The notes: generated by a model not told the origin, from the sequence alone. Positions 24,530 through 36,896 are shown, counted from the stretch's first letter. The stretch is DNA of 64,000 nucleotides from Leucoraja ocellata (GCA_036785375.1 JAWMAR010000361.1:2232001-2296000); one strand, 5' to 3'. Program-made: numbers and translations.

Positions 24530-25689
24530 CAAGGAACTGCAGACCCGTTGGGTCCCAGCATCACACGGGAGGGCTGGTCCCCCAACGCAATATTCCACCT
24601 CTCCACCAATTCCAATATTGGTGGCCAGTGGGGGGGAGGGGGGGGATGGACATTGTGGGCCGAATGGATTCTTGGGCTGGCGGCTCAGTCACTCAAGTCT
24701 GTTGTGCTGGCAGCTCACCCACTCATGGCTGGTGGGCTGGCAGTTGACTCACTCAATTTCAAGCAGGGTGCAAGGCGACTAAAGACTGCGAGTCGTGACC
24801 TCTCCCTCCTCCATCTTGCAGACACTGGGCCACGCCCACACTTCTGGGGTTTTAAGTCCCTCCCCTCTCCCACCAGAAGGGGCGTGGCCTTCATGGTGTG
24901 AATGACAGGGGAAAGAATCTCAACATTTTTAACTCTTTTATTTTTCATCGATGGGAAAAATCCTTGGCACCTGATGAGAGGAGGGGGACTGAGTAAGATG
25001 GCCAAAAATCACAGCCATACGTGGTAGCGGTTTTTTTAAGATCAATATAAAGCGCAAACAGGAAGTGGTCAAGATTAGACTTTTAATTATATAGAAGGCA
25101 AGGCAACTTTAATTTGGCAAGGCAACTTTAATTTGGCAAGGCAACTTTAATTTGGCAAGGCAACTTTAATTAGGCAAGGCAACTTTAATTAGGCAAGGCA
25201 ACTTTAATTAGGCAACACAGCTTTAACATTTCCAAACCAAAGGCAACACAGCTTTAGCATTTCCAAACCAAAGGCATCACAGCTTTAGCATTTCCAAACT
25301 ATATTTTCAAACCACATTAAGGGCACTGACAGGCCAGTAAAACCACTCACAGTTTAGTAGACATGTGTTTAGTGTTATTCACAGCTCTGACTGAGAGACG
25401 TGACCCTCTCGCTCCCCCATCTTGAAGAGACTGACTGAGGCACTCGACACTTCCGGGTTTTATAGCCCCTCCGGAAGGTGGGTGGCCTTCAGGAGAGCGA
25501 ATCTCAACATTTTTCAAACACAATTAACTTTTATTTTTCATCGATGGGAAAGATCCTCATGTCCTGCGCGGCGGAGGGGGACTCTGAGTAAGATGGCCAA
25601 AAATCACAGCTGTAAGCGGCAGCGTTTTTTCTAAAATCAATATACAGAACACCAGGAAGTGGTCAAGATCAGACTTTTAGTAATATATA
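24530..25689 (-). mobile_element. Compound non-autonomous Helitron
   Basis: On minus: two 5'-terminal modules (atatattactaaaagtctgatcttgacc at about 25689; tctatataattaaaagtctaatcttgacc at 25095), 3' hairpin ggacccaacgggtc, then CTTG|T; internal 19-bp and 31-bp tandem repeats at 25097-25300. Confidence 0.7.
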
Positions 25690-26208
25690 TTTTCCCTGTC
25701 CACACTCAGACATCCCCGTTTATATAAAAAAACAAATCAGGTACATCAGGCTCAAGCAGACCTGAATAAATCCATGCTCTCTCTTTCCGATCAGCCAAAT
25801 TTTCCAAGGTTTTCAGTCTGCAATATGTCAGGAATAGATATTGATTTAATGCAGTTTAGCTTTCCCAACTTTCTCAAGGACTAGAGTATTGTTTCATTTT
25901 CAAAGAGCACTTCTTGAACCGTGAGCGCATTGCAATATGATAGTCAGAAGGTCTACAATCTTTCCTCCTATTTCCTTGAAAACCTAGCAATGAAAACCAT
26001 CTACTCCTCAAATCTATTTCCCTTCAGGACATTGTTTACTGTATTAAGATTCTTTTACATGAGCTACTTTTGATACACATAAATTGAACGGATTTTTGTT
26101 TCTTTCGGATGTTTCGTTCACTCTTCTGGTTTAAATAGTTTTTTTTTCCCAAAGGCTGAACCATTGTGATCTTTGCAGCAGACTGTGGAATTAACAGCAG
26201 AAAGTGTG

Positions 26209-26338
26209 CTGAAGAAGGGCCTCGACCCTAGACGTCACCCATTCCTTCTCTCCAGAGATGCTGTCTGTCCCGCTGAGTTACACCAGCATTTTGTGTCTAT
26301 CTTCGATTTAAACCAGCATCTGCAGTTCATTCCGAAAC
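26209..26338 (+). mobile_element. Short Penelope-derived element
   Basis: ctgaagaagggcctcgaccctagacgtc...accagcatctgcagttc; flanks cagaaagtgtgc / cagaaaatgtgc. Confidence 0.78.
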
Positions 26339-27261
26339 AGAAAATGTGCCCTCTATTACCTGTGGGCAAGGCCACAGAGGAACCGCTACACAAAGAATAA
26401 CACACTATTATGTGTTCAAAAGCAAGATAGCTCAGTAATAAGCTCTGTTCTTGTGATTTGTTATCTCCTAAATTTGATGTACTGTTGCCTGGTGCCTGAT
26501 TTCAAATGACAGGTTGTCCTACATATCAAACAATACCTTCCAGGCATCTATTGGCCATGTTTTTTTCCCCCTCACTTCCCAAAGGCTACATTGTGCTGTT
26601 CAAGTATTGCTGCACTTTTTCACCAGGTGTCAGACCAAATGGAGCAGATTCCAGCCACTGCAACAGATATAAATTAGTTGTGGTGCTTCTGAATAATGTA
26701 AAACGCATCATGTTCCTACCGAATTACAATTATTTTGCATGTGCTCCAGTAAAATATACAACTGCGAAAACCAAGTCATCTGCAAGATTTCATTTTAAAT
26801 CTTTTCGAGGAGCAAGTTACTTATTAAGCCATTTCTTGGGTCACCTGTGATAACTATGCAGAAAAATAATGATGTTAATTGCTGAAATTGGCTGAATTTA
26901 TCATTCAAGGTCATGCCAAATATATTGCAAATTATATCTAAAATCTGCTGAATACAACGATGGGAATAAAGTAGGTATCTTGCGGTGAACAAAGCTTTTA
27001 TTTTTAATCGTTCTTTGTTTCTGGTATAAGCATTACTTTTCCATTGGGGTTAATTAACTGAACCTGTTTAAGATTTTCTGAGAAGCCTATTATCTTGGAA
27101 TGACTTTGATTTGCCAGGCAAAAACCTCTGCGTTTACGAAGAAAATCAAAGATGCACATGAAGAAAAACTAAACAACAACTTGTATTTACAGTACGTAAG
27201 GCGTTTGTGGGAGTAACACCAATCACTTGTTTTGCTGAGTTGTTTGGATGTCAAACACTGT

Positions 27262-27790
27262 AGTCATAGAGTTATGTGACATGGAAACAGGCCTTTTGGT
27301 CCAACTAGTCCGTGCTGACCAATATGCCCCATCTAAGCTGGTTCCATTTGGCCACATAACCCTCTAAAACGTTCTTATTCATGTATCTGTCCAGTGTCTT
27401 TTAACTGCTGTTATAGTACCTGCCCCAACTACCTCCCCTGGCAGTTTGTTCCATACACCCACTAGCCTTCAAGTCAAAATGGTGTCCCTTAGGTTCCTAT
27501 TAAACATTTTCCCTCTCACCTTAAACCTATATCCTCTGGTTCTTGATACCCCTACCCTGAGGAAAAGGCTCTGTAAATTCACCCTGTCAATTCCCCTAGT
27601 GGACAAATTCACCCCTCAGACACCTGTGCCCCAAGGAATAATGTCCTAGCCAGTCTAACCTTTCCCTATAGCTCAGTCTTGGCAAGTCCTGGTTAATTCC
27701 CTGTAAATCTTCTCTCTACTCTTTCCAGCTTAATAATATCGTTCCTATAGCAGGGGGCCAAAACTGTATACAAAACTCCAAATAGCTCTC
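27262..27790 (-). mobile_element. CR1-type LINE 3' fragment, decayed
   Basis: agtcatagagttat...catggaaacaggcc...ccctctcaccttaaacctat. Confidence 0.7.
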
Positions 27791-28006
27791 GATGTCTGAT
27801 AGATAAATTATTTTATTTGCATTAAGTTGCACATCTCATTTGTTTTTTTTTTAAATTATCATATTGTCCCAGCATCATTATTGTGCGAGTCGGAGGATAG
27901 GTAGTTGAGGGATGACTTTATTGAAGTGTACAAGATCACAAGGAACATGCATAAATCGAACACACAAAGTCTTTTGCAAATGGTCGAGGATTCAAAAAAG
28001 AGGGAA

Positions 28007-29365
28007 GGGCCTGTCCCACTTGGGTGACATTTGGGTGACTGCGGAGCGACAATGACTGACGCCCGTAAAGCTGTCTAGTTGCACGACATGCACACTGAAG
28101 CATGCTGTCATGCCCGGGTGATACCCGGTTAGGCATGAGGCTGTCAAATATTCTTCCTTCAATACATGGATTTTAAACATTAATATGTTAAATTTATTAC
28201 AATTAAAACAATTGTGCAAATGAAAAGAGTCGTTCAGTTTTAATTATAGATGTATTGGTCTGTTTCCACATCCAATCACCAGGGATGGATTCAGTGAGTG
28301 TCGACTGAACTCCCCTCTCCCCTCTTCCCCCCCCCCCCCCCCCTCCTTCTCTACTCCTCCCTACACTTTTCCGTTCCCCCCTCTTCCTCCCTTCTCCCCA
28401 CTCCACTCTTCTCCCCCTTATCCACTAACTCCTCCCCTCACATCCCCTTCTCCCCCTCTCCCTCCCTTCTCCCATTCTCCACACCCCCTGTGGATAGCTA
28501 GTGCTAGTGTCAGGGTTAGGGTTAGGGTTTGGGTTTGGGTTTCCTCCAGCACTCCAAAGGCGCACAGGTTTGTATAACTTGTCTGTAGAGTGTGTGGGAT
28601 AGTGTTTGGGGGGTCGCTGGTCGCAGGCTGGGTCCACAAATTGGGGGGGGGGCGTTGGGGAAAGTGGGAGGGGGGGGGGGTGGAGGTCGAGAATGGGACA
28701 AGGTAGGGAGAGGGGGAGAAGGGGGATGTGAGGGGAAGGGGGTAGTGGATAAGGGGAGAAGAGTGGAGTGGGGAGAAGGGAGGAAGAGCGGGGAAGGGAA
28801 GAAGGAAGGAGAGGGGAGGAAAGAAGGGCAGGGGGGCAGTGGAGAAGGAGGGATGGGGGCAGGAGGGGGGGAGAGGGGAGTTCAGTCTACACTTACTGAA
28901 TCCATCCCTGTGTAAAGAGACAGTGATCGGATCTGGAAGTGGACCAATACATTTATAAATAAAACTTAACGACTCAGACATCTTTTCATTTGCACAATTG
29001 ATTTTATTGTATTAATTTTAATACATTATTATTTAAAATCCATGCATTGAAGGAAGAATATTTAACACCTCATCTGTGGCCCCTAACCCCAACCCCCAAC
29101 CCCCAACCCCCAACCCCCAACCCCCAACCGGGCATCACACACAGGACAACATACATCAGCGTGTGACAGGGCACATGACATGATGAGAAACCCAAATGTC
29201 ACCCCAGGATTTTGCACATTCCAAAATCCTCGGGTGACAGGGAAACACCGCGCATTACCGCGCTTCACTGCATGCGTCACCACGCCTCAGTACGCTTCAC
29301 GCCGTGACAACCTCTTTTTCGTATGTCCCCTAAATGTCGCCCAAATGACGCCCAAGTGGGACAGG
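28007..29365. mobile_element. 1.36-kb non-autonomous TIR/foldback element (Harbinger-like ends)
   Basis: TIRs cctgtcccacttggg ... cccaagtgggacagg; long imperfect internal inverted arms at about 28136-28470 and 28720-29072. Confidence 0.72.
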
Positions 29366-29489
29366 TGAGAGAAGGGAGATTTAAGAGGCACCTCAAGATG
29401 AATCTTTTCTTTCAAAGGGTAGTCTATATCTGGAATGAGCTGCCGGGGGATCCTATAGAAGCAGATACAATTGTGACTTTTGAAAGACA

Positions 29490-30470
29490 CTAGACTAAGC
29501 GCGGACCCGTTGGGTCCCGTTCTTCCAACGCAGTATTCCACCAAACTGCGCATGCGCGGCTGACGGGCATGCACAGTGCAGGCTCGACCACCATGTTCAA
29601 AGTTGTGCAGTTGATGGCAGAAATTAAGTTAAAGCTAGTACAGTGAATAGAGAACCCGTGGAGCCGTTGGGTCCACTTACAAAATTCTTAAGGGGTTGGA
29701 CAGGCTAGATGCAGGAAGATTGTTCCCGATGTTGGGGGAGTCCAGGACAAGGGGTCACAGCTTAAGGATAAGGGGGAAATCCTTTAAAACCGAGATGAGG
29801 AAAACTTTTTTCACACAGAGAGTTGTGAATCTCTGGAACTCTCTGCCGCAGAGGGTAGTTGAGGCCAGTTCATTGGCTATATTTAAGAGGGAGTTAGATG
29901 TGGCCCTTGTGGCTAAAAGGATCAGAGGGTATGGAGAGAAGGCAGGTACGGGATACTGAGTTGGATGATCAGCCATGATCATATTGAATGGCGGTGCAGG
30001 CTCGAAGGGCCGAATGGCCTACTCCTGCACCTAATTTCTATGTCCCCGTTGTGAGGCAGTCAAATACACACAGAAAATTAAAATAATGGCAATCTGAATA
30101 TCGGCAAAGGTCCAAACTGCACAGGTGCGGATACCAGGCCCACTGTGCATGCGCGGGGAGATGTCGTTATTATCCATCACTGCTGCGTCACCGGCGTCAT
30201 GTTCAATTGTGACACGGCTGGCGGGCTTCCCCAACTACGCAGGCGCAGCAGGCTAGTGGAAGCACTGTTTTAAGTTAATTTAAGTTTTAAATATCAATAA
30301 CTTGTAAAATAGCATCAATCTGAATGGAACTTGGCTAATGCACACCGCAGGACAACGGTGAGTAAGGTGAGCCTAAAATTGGCGTGCTATCGTGTACGTT
30401 TTGTCAGAGTTTCGGGAACACAAATATATATAATCAAACAAACAAGATGAGAGTTTTAGTAATATATAGA
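29490..30470 (-). mobile_element. Non-autonomous Helitron with both termini intact
   Basis: On minus: A|TCtatatattactaaaa ... ggacccaacgggtcc hairpin ... CTAG|T. Removal restores host CR1 gaaagaca|tttagacag (AT target, no TSD). Confidence 0.85.
29676..30043 (+). mobile_element. Young CR1 3' fragment inserted in the Helitron
   Basis: LDRLDAGRLFPMLGESRTRGH...AGTGY*; tttctatg tail. Confidence 0.92.
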
Positions 30471-31607
30471 TTTAGACAGATATAAGAAGAGTTTAAAGGG
30501 CTATGAACCAAATTCAGGCAAATGAGACTAACCAAACATGTTAGCTAAGGTAGATACAAAATACTGGAGTAACTGGGACAGGCAGCATTTCTGGAGAGAA
30601 GAAATGAGAGACCCTGCTTCAGACTGATGTTGATTTGGTCAGAATGGTCTAGATGGACTAAATAGCCTGTTTCTGTGCTCTGCGTGTGTACAACTCCATG
30701 AGTCTATGTCCTCAGTATTTTCAGTTCTCCCTTGCACTCAGAAGGTGGAAGGTCCATGTTGGACTTACTTCTGATCCACTGGACACTTTTTTTAAATTAT
30801 TATTTTTCTAGGTTTGATTGGGTAACATGCCAATTTATGGTCTCAGCCCCAAGGTTTGTGGGTGTGAACTCTTGTTTTCTGTAGTGACAATCAGCAAATA
30901 AATAATTTAGCGAAATGATCCGCAACAGAATCTCTCGGCGTTTTGTAGGGGAACATTCTCACTCTCACTCACGTTGTAAGTGTGGTTTAAAGTGAGGCGC
31001 ATCTTGAGCAAATCATCAGAAACCTAGCAGTGGTAATTTGTATTGGTGATTGCTGTGAGAACAGCCAGTACCTGCAAAGACCAATGTGAATGGAATAACT
31101 CCAAGGGAGTTCAGAGATTGATTACTAAAGCTTTCATGTTTCAAGAAGAATGAAATTTCTTATGTCAAATATGACATTTTTCTGTTTACTTCACAAGCAA
31201 TTGAATTTGTTTATTAACTGAGCTGCAATATATATTGCAGGAACGCTCAAAATGTCTTAACTAGAGAATTGGACTCCATATCCTTTGATCTTGCATCTTG
31301 CTAATTTTGCTCAAATTGTTAACATAGTTTGAGCAGTCTTCTATTTTAGTTGAGGTGTGGTGTGTGTGTGTCAATTCTGCACACTGGATATATATACAAA
31401 GTGAACATGGATCCTTTTACAATGCTAATATCGCACCAACTTTCCACGTTTACCCAGGATGATCTAGGTAACAACATGTGCTAAGCACACATGGGGGAAA
31501 CTGCAACAGTGAGAAGAACCACCCCTACTTACAATATTTACAGGGAACCACATTTACTTGGAGTTTCATAGACAAATACAACATAGACAACTCCTGACTA
31601 CTGGCAC

Positions 31608-31836
31608 TTGTCTGTATGGAGTTTGTACCTTCTCCCCGTGCGTTTTATCCGAGATCTTCAGTTTCCTCCCACACTCCAAAAACGTACAGGTTTGTAGGTT
31701 CATTGGCTTGGTGTAAATGCAAAATTGTCCCTCGTGTGTTTGGGGTAATGTGCGGGGATCGCTGGTCGGTAAGGAAACGCTGGGCTGAAGGGCCTAGTTC
31801 CACGCTGTATCGCCAAGCTAAAAAACGACTAAACTG
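31608..31836 (+). mobile_element. V-SINE-type SINE, 5'-truncated
   Basis: tgtctgtatggagtttgtaccttctccccgtg...cagtttcctcccacactccaaa...gaagggcc. Confidence 0.8.
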
Positions 31837-32459
31837 ACAGGAACACATAGTTAATCAGATTTAATGGTCAATTGTTGTAGTTTAGGATGGCATCCATGAT
31901 TACGAGGGCTAACAAAACAGTTACATTTTGCTCAGTCTAAGGGGAGATGGACTCTTAGCACAAGGCAGCTCTGGAAGTAACTCTTGCATCAAGTAAACTT
32001 AGATGCAACACTAAATGAAATAGTTTCTAGGAGTTACTCACAAAGATCTGCCACATGCTGTGACTTAATATGCAGCGACAGAGCAGGCCAAGAACTGCCT
32101 TGCCAGTGGCTATTAAAGTCACTGTCACACTAAATGTATCCTTCTGCTCCTTCTCCATGCTGATGACAGCAACATGTGGCAATTGGCTGCACTGGAGGGA
32201 TATCAGAGGCTTGTTAATCATAGAGGTCACATTATTTTCTTACTTTGTGGCTAATCTTCCAATCTGCAGGGAACCGCCATGATTCCTTTGTTAAATGATA
32301 GTGTACTGTGTCTTCTATCCTTGATAGACTATCTGCTGAATGGTTGGTTTCTCAGACCAGTCTGAAGCGTGGACACAGAAGGAGGATATGCATGTAATCG
32401 GACCCATGCTGCCACTTGCTATTCAACAGGGCAAAATACATCAGAATCTCCTTGTGTAA

Positions 32460-32517
32460 GGTGTGGCGCAAAGTCTCCAAAGGTTTCCGTTCAGGTTGCC
32501 TAAGTGGGACAGGGGCA
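32460..32517. mobile_element. PIF/Harbinger MITE terminal fragment
   Basis: gcaaagtctcc...cctaagtgggacaggggca|tta. Confidence 0.7.
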
Positions 32518-32711
32518 TTAGACTGCTTTTGTAATTGGAGTCCGAATCAAGCTGTGCAATGTGTATCCTGTGGTTCCAGGGCCAAGTAACCTGTTAGTGG
32601 AAAACGTACCTTTAAGGGAATAGTACCGCCAGGTGAAAAAGTACTTTAAAGGGAAAGTCTCCTGTACCCGTAGGAGAGGTTCAGTTGATTGACAACAGCA
32701 CAATTTGGGTA

Positions 32712-33545
32712 GTTCAAGTTCAAGTTCAAGTTTATTGGCATGTGTCCCTGATAGGACAATGAAGCTCTTGCTTTGCTTCAGCACACAGAACATAATAGGC
32801 ATTGACTACAAAAACACATGAATAAATAAACTGATAAAGTGCAAAATGACAGATAATGGGTTATTAATGTTTTGTCCGAGCCAGGTTTAATAGCCTGATG
32901 GCTGTGGGGAAGTAGCTATTCCTGAACCTGGTCGTTGCAGTCTTCAGGCTCCTGTACCTTCTACCTGAAGGTAGCAGGGAGATGAATGTGTGGCCAGGAT
33001 GGTGTGGGTCTTTGATGATACTGCCAGCCTTTTTGAGGCAGCGACTTCGATAAATCCCCTCGATGGAAGGAAGGTCAGAGCCGATGATGGACTGGGCAGT
33101 GTTTACTACTTTTTGTAGTCTCTTCCTCTCCAGGGCGCTCAAGTTGCCGAACCAAGCCACGATGCAACCAGTCAGCATGCTCTCTACTGTGCACCTGTAG
33201 AAGTTAGAGAGAGTCCTCCTTGACAAACCGACTCTCCGTAATCTTCTCAGGAAGTAGAGGCGTTGATGTGCTTTCTTGATAATTGCATCAGTGTTCTCGG
33301 ACCAGGAAAGATCTTCAGAGATGTGCACGCCCAGGAATTTGAAGCTCTTGACCCTTTCAACCATTGACCCGTTGATATAAACGGGACTGTGGGTCCCCAT
33401 CCTACCCCTTCCAAAGTCCACAATCAGTTCCTTGGTTTTGCTGGTGTTGAGGGCCAGGTTATTGTGCTGGCACCATATGGACAGTTGCTCAATCTCTCTT
33501 CTATACTTGGACTCATCCCCATCAGTGATACGTCCCATGACAGTA
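32712..33545 (-). mobile_element. Rex1/Babar LINE, 5'-truncated
   Basis: Open 224-aa minus ORF 32864-33538 (NLALNTSKTKELIVDF...FKFLGVHISEDLSW...LLPSGRRYRS); (ttgaac)n tail. Confidence 0.9.
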
Positions 33546-34006
33546 ATTTAGAATACTATGATTTATTTAGAACTGTACATTAGCTATTAGTGGAATGCTT
33601 GTGTTTTACATTGCAGTTTGTTGTTGTATGATAGTTATTAGTAGTATTATTTCTTGCTTAAGTACAATTTTGCTTGCGTGTTCCGACCTCATTTGCCTTT
33701 GTTTAGATTGAAGTGTTTTGAGTGTAGAAGATCTGCTGGTGAAGTGGGTTTGATCCGTTGCATCTTAAACTGAGATTGCTTACTGACTCTAAATTATTTA
33801 CCGGTTGGAAAGCTTGTGCGAATTCTGTGTGTGAGACTGGTGTGAAATAATTTTGGGTAGGGTACCCGGAGTTGAAAGGAGATATTTATTGTGGGAGAGA
33901 CTTACTGGCGTATCGAAGAACTTTAGGCCATTGTTTGTGAACAAACTTGTTAAGTCTTGTGAGTGAAGTGTGAATCGTTTGGATACTGTGTCCACTGTTA
34001 GTAACA

Positions 34007-35775
34007 ATGGGGAACCAGATAGAGAGAGATACAATGGAAGATCCCGAAAGCCCATTACAATTAGTTTCCCACAAAAAGCGGAAAGATTTAAATATTTTTC
34101 GGGAGCGTTGAATAAGAAATTAGGAGGAGATTTGTGGCCCCAAGGAGGGATTGGAACACTGGAGGGCATGAAATACATTGAGAATGTTTGACAATGTAGC
34201 CAAAGTGATAGGTAGCGAAGGAACTTATTGGGCTATGGAGACAATATTAGGAAGGAGTAAAAGAACGCAGAGAGGCTGCGATAATGGCGAACTGGCAGGA
34301 GGCAGCTTTGAAGCTTGGAATAGAGTTTAAGGATGATGAAGGAAACAAACCTCTAAATACCGTAAAGAAGACTGATTCCTGGGATGTCAGGGCTGTCTTA
34401 TTAAGAAAGACTGGATTGACTTGGTTTATACTCTCTAGAATTTAGGAGATTGAGAGGGGATCTTATAGAAACTTACAAAATTCTTAAGGGGTTGGACAGG
34501 CTAGATGCCGGAAGTTTGCTCCCGATGTTGGGGAAGTCCAGGACAAGGGGTCACAGCTTAAGGATAAGGGGGAAATCCTTTAAAACCGAGATGAGACAAA
34601 CTTTTTTCACACAGAGAGTGGTGAATCTCTGGAACTCTCTGCCGCAGAGGGTAGTCGAGGCCAGTTCATTGGCTACATTTAAGAGGGAGTTAGATGTGGC
34701 CCTTGTGGCTAAGGGGATCAGAGGGTATGGAGAGAAAGCAGGTACGGGATACTGAGTTGGATGATCAGCCATGATCATATTGAATGGCGGTGCAGGCTCG
34801 ACGGGCCGAATGGCCTACTCCTGCACCTAATTTCAATGTTTCTATGTTTCTATGAAGGAATGTGGATGTCCTTACAGAGAACATAGAGAACGGGAGAAAA
34901 ATAAAACATTTGTAGACTTAGAGTTAAGGGACCTGCTGGTTGGCTTTGATTTGGAAGGGGGAGATGAAGAATATTTAGAACATTGGGAGAACGTTCGAAT
35001 TAAACAAAGTTTGCAGCCTCCACCTTATTTCCCCTTGCGCTCCCCATACTCCACCTTCGCACCCAGCACCTTGTACACACTGTGTGCATCACATACCTAC
35101 TCCTGTGCCAGCAGCACCACCCACACCCCTCTGCTGATGATACATCGGAGGGTGAGACAGTATCAGGGGACACTGAGAGTGAGTCAGACATAGTAAAAAT
35201 TATGAAGGAAGAACCAATATCCCGTCGTCAGTATGTGTGGGATTGTTTGCCAAATGCTGCAGACCTGAACTTCACCCGATGGTGACCCTCAAAGTTCATC
35301 CATGGTTTCTGGTTCGGTAGAATCCTAAATCTAAAGAAATTCACCTCCAATGGTATAAAATGTCACTTAGCTGCAGTCGATGAGAAACTACTTAAAAAGG
35401 AATGAACATGAATGGGCAGTTTGACATTTAAAGAATTAATAGATAATTTAGAAAGGAAATTCAATTCAATTCAATTTATTTGTCATTTGGACCCCTTGAG
35501 GTCCAAACGAAATGACGTTTCTGCAGCCATACATTACAAACAAATAGACCCAAGACACATATCTTGTACATATATGTACAAGATAAACACATACCTTGAA
35601 AGCATTGAGGCTCAACAGCAGAAGTAATCCAGGCATGGTAAATGAGCAAGTTTCCCGTCGTCAGTTCCCAGTTGGGGAGATGCCTCACCCATCCTTTGAT
35701 CCGGCTAATGCAGTTGGTGCAAACAATCCCCGAGCCATTGATGTATATTCCCCATGGAAACCTAATGAAATGATG
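34007..35775 (+). pseudogene. Decayed endogenous retrovirus gag (matrix, PPPY late domain, start of capsid), probably gamma/epsilon-like
   Basis: MGNQ start (Gly2), SPLQL and LWPQGG matrix-like motifs; frame continuous across the CR1 insertion (NKPLNTVKK|KECGCPY); SLQPPPY; then QFPVGEMPHP...IDVYSPWKPNEM; frameshifts and stops present. Confidence 0.55.
34371..34854 (+). mobile_element. Young CR1 3' fragment inserted in the gag remnant
   Basis: Nearly identical to 42893-43375; aag on both flanks. Confidence 0.92.
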
Positions 35776-36114
35776 GTATCATGTTCGGCATGGACATTGT
35801 GGGCTAAAGGGCCTGTTCCTACATTGAACTTCTCTATGTTCTATGTTCTTTGCAAATTGTCCCTCAATTTATTAGCTATTCATATTTACAGTAAATGTAA
35901 ATTGTTCGTGAAGACCACAATCCTATGTCTTACTTTGAGTGAGTCAGTGTCACATTTCTGTTTGATAATACCTCTGGTAAGTAGCTTGAGATGCGTTATT
36001 AGGAATGGAGGCCTTTTATAGTTTTGTTTTTGCATTGAAATAAAAGACTCAACAACTTCGCTAAACACAGGCTTTTGAGTAAAAAAATTCAGCATCAAAC
36101 AAGAAAATCAGGGT

Positions 36115-36272
36115 ACACAAAATTGCTGGAGAAACTCAGCGGGTGCAGCAGCATCTATGGAGCGAAGGAAATAGGCAACGTTTCGGGCCGAAACCCTTCT
36201 TCAGACGGATGGGGGGTGGGGGGGAGAAGGAAGGACGACTAATGGGGGGTGGGGGGGAGAAGGAAGGCGATC
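36115..36272 (-). mobile_element. Short Penelope-derived element with hammerhead motif (36177-36204) and 11-bp TSD
   Basis: Reverse complement ctgaagaagggtttcggcccgaaacgtt; aaaatcagggt at 36104-36114 and 36273-36283. Confidence 0.82.
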
Positions 36273-36896
36273 AAAATCAGGGTGTTATTTTAAAGCTAGA
36301 TACTGAATTATGAGTCACAAAGCAAGTTATTGCATTTCTTATTGTGCAGATAATTTCTGTTTGAAAATCTATTGACATTTTCTGAAGGTTTATCAGATTC
36401 CTCAAACAGACACTAACCAGCAGGCGTTGACTACTATATTAAGTTATGACTTAAATAACAGAGTGGAAAGGCATACATCCTTGTTCCCATTGACACATAG
36501 ACTCGCAGTATAGTAAACAGAACAGACAGGTGCATACAACTACAGTCATTGGCAGAGTGAATGAGCAAAACTTTGGCAAAAGGAATTTCCACTTCGTTGA
36601 CTTTGAGATCAGCTGCTTTGGACCAAAATCAGATTGTTTAAAACATTGAAATACTGATTTCCAAAGAGTCCATAGAAGTGGAATGACACGGCATTACATG
36701 TTGTACACAATGCAATGCAAATACAGTGAAGGATCATTTACAATGGAAAAGAAGGACTTTCTAGGGGATGTGCATAGTTAATGATTTTCCTTCCAGTTAT
36801 GCCATATGTCTGATGTGATAGTGTGGCTGCCCAACAATAGTCTGTAATTATATATGTGGTGTGAAAGGATCATTGTGAAATATGCCTTCATGGCAC

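Larger units (their letters stand above)
27903..30540 (+). mobile_element. Old CR1 3' fragment interrupted by two insertions
   Basis: Three collinear pieces: 27903-28005, 29362-29489, 30471-30540. Confidence 0.65.

Noticed and set aside
25097-25300. Regularly spaced short repeats resembling a CRISPR array
   Set aside because: Head-to-tail units with no unique spacers, inside a Helitron, no cas genes, vertebrate DNA
28511-28542. Interstitial telomere / chromosome fusion scar
   Set aside because: Only two exact TTAGGG units, embedded in a transposon
28298-28981. Pro-rich and Gly-rich ORFs
   Set aside because: Low-complexity arms of the foldback element
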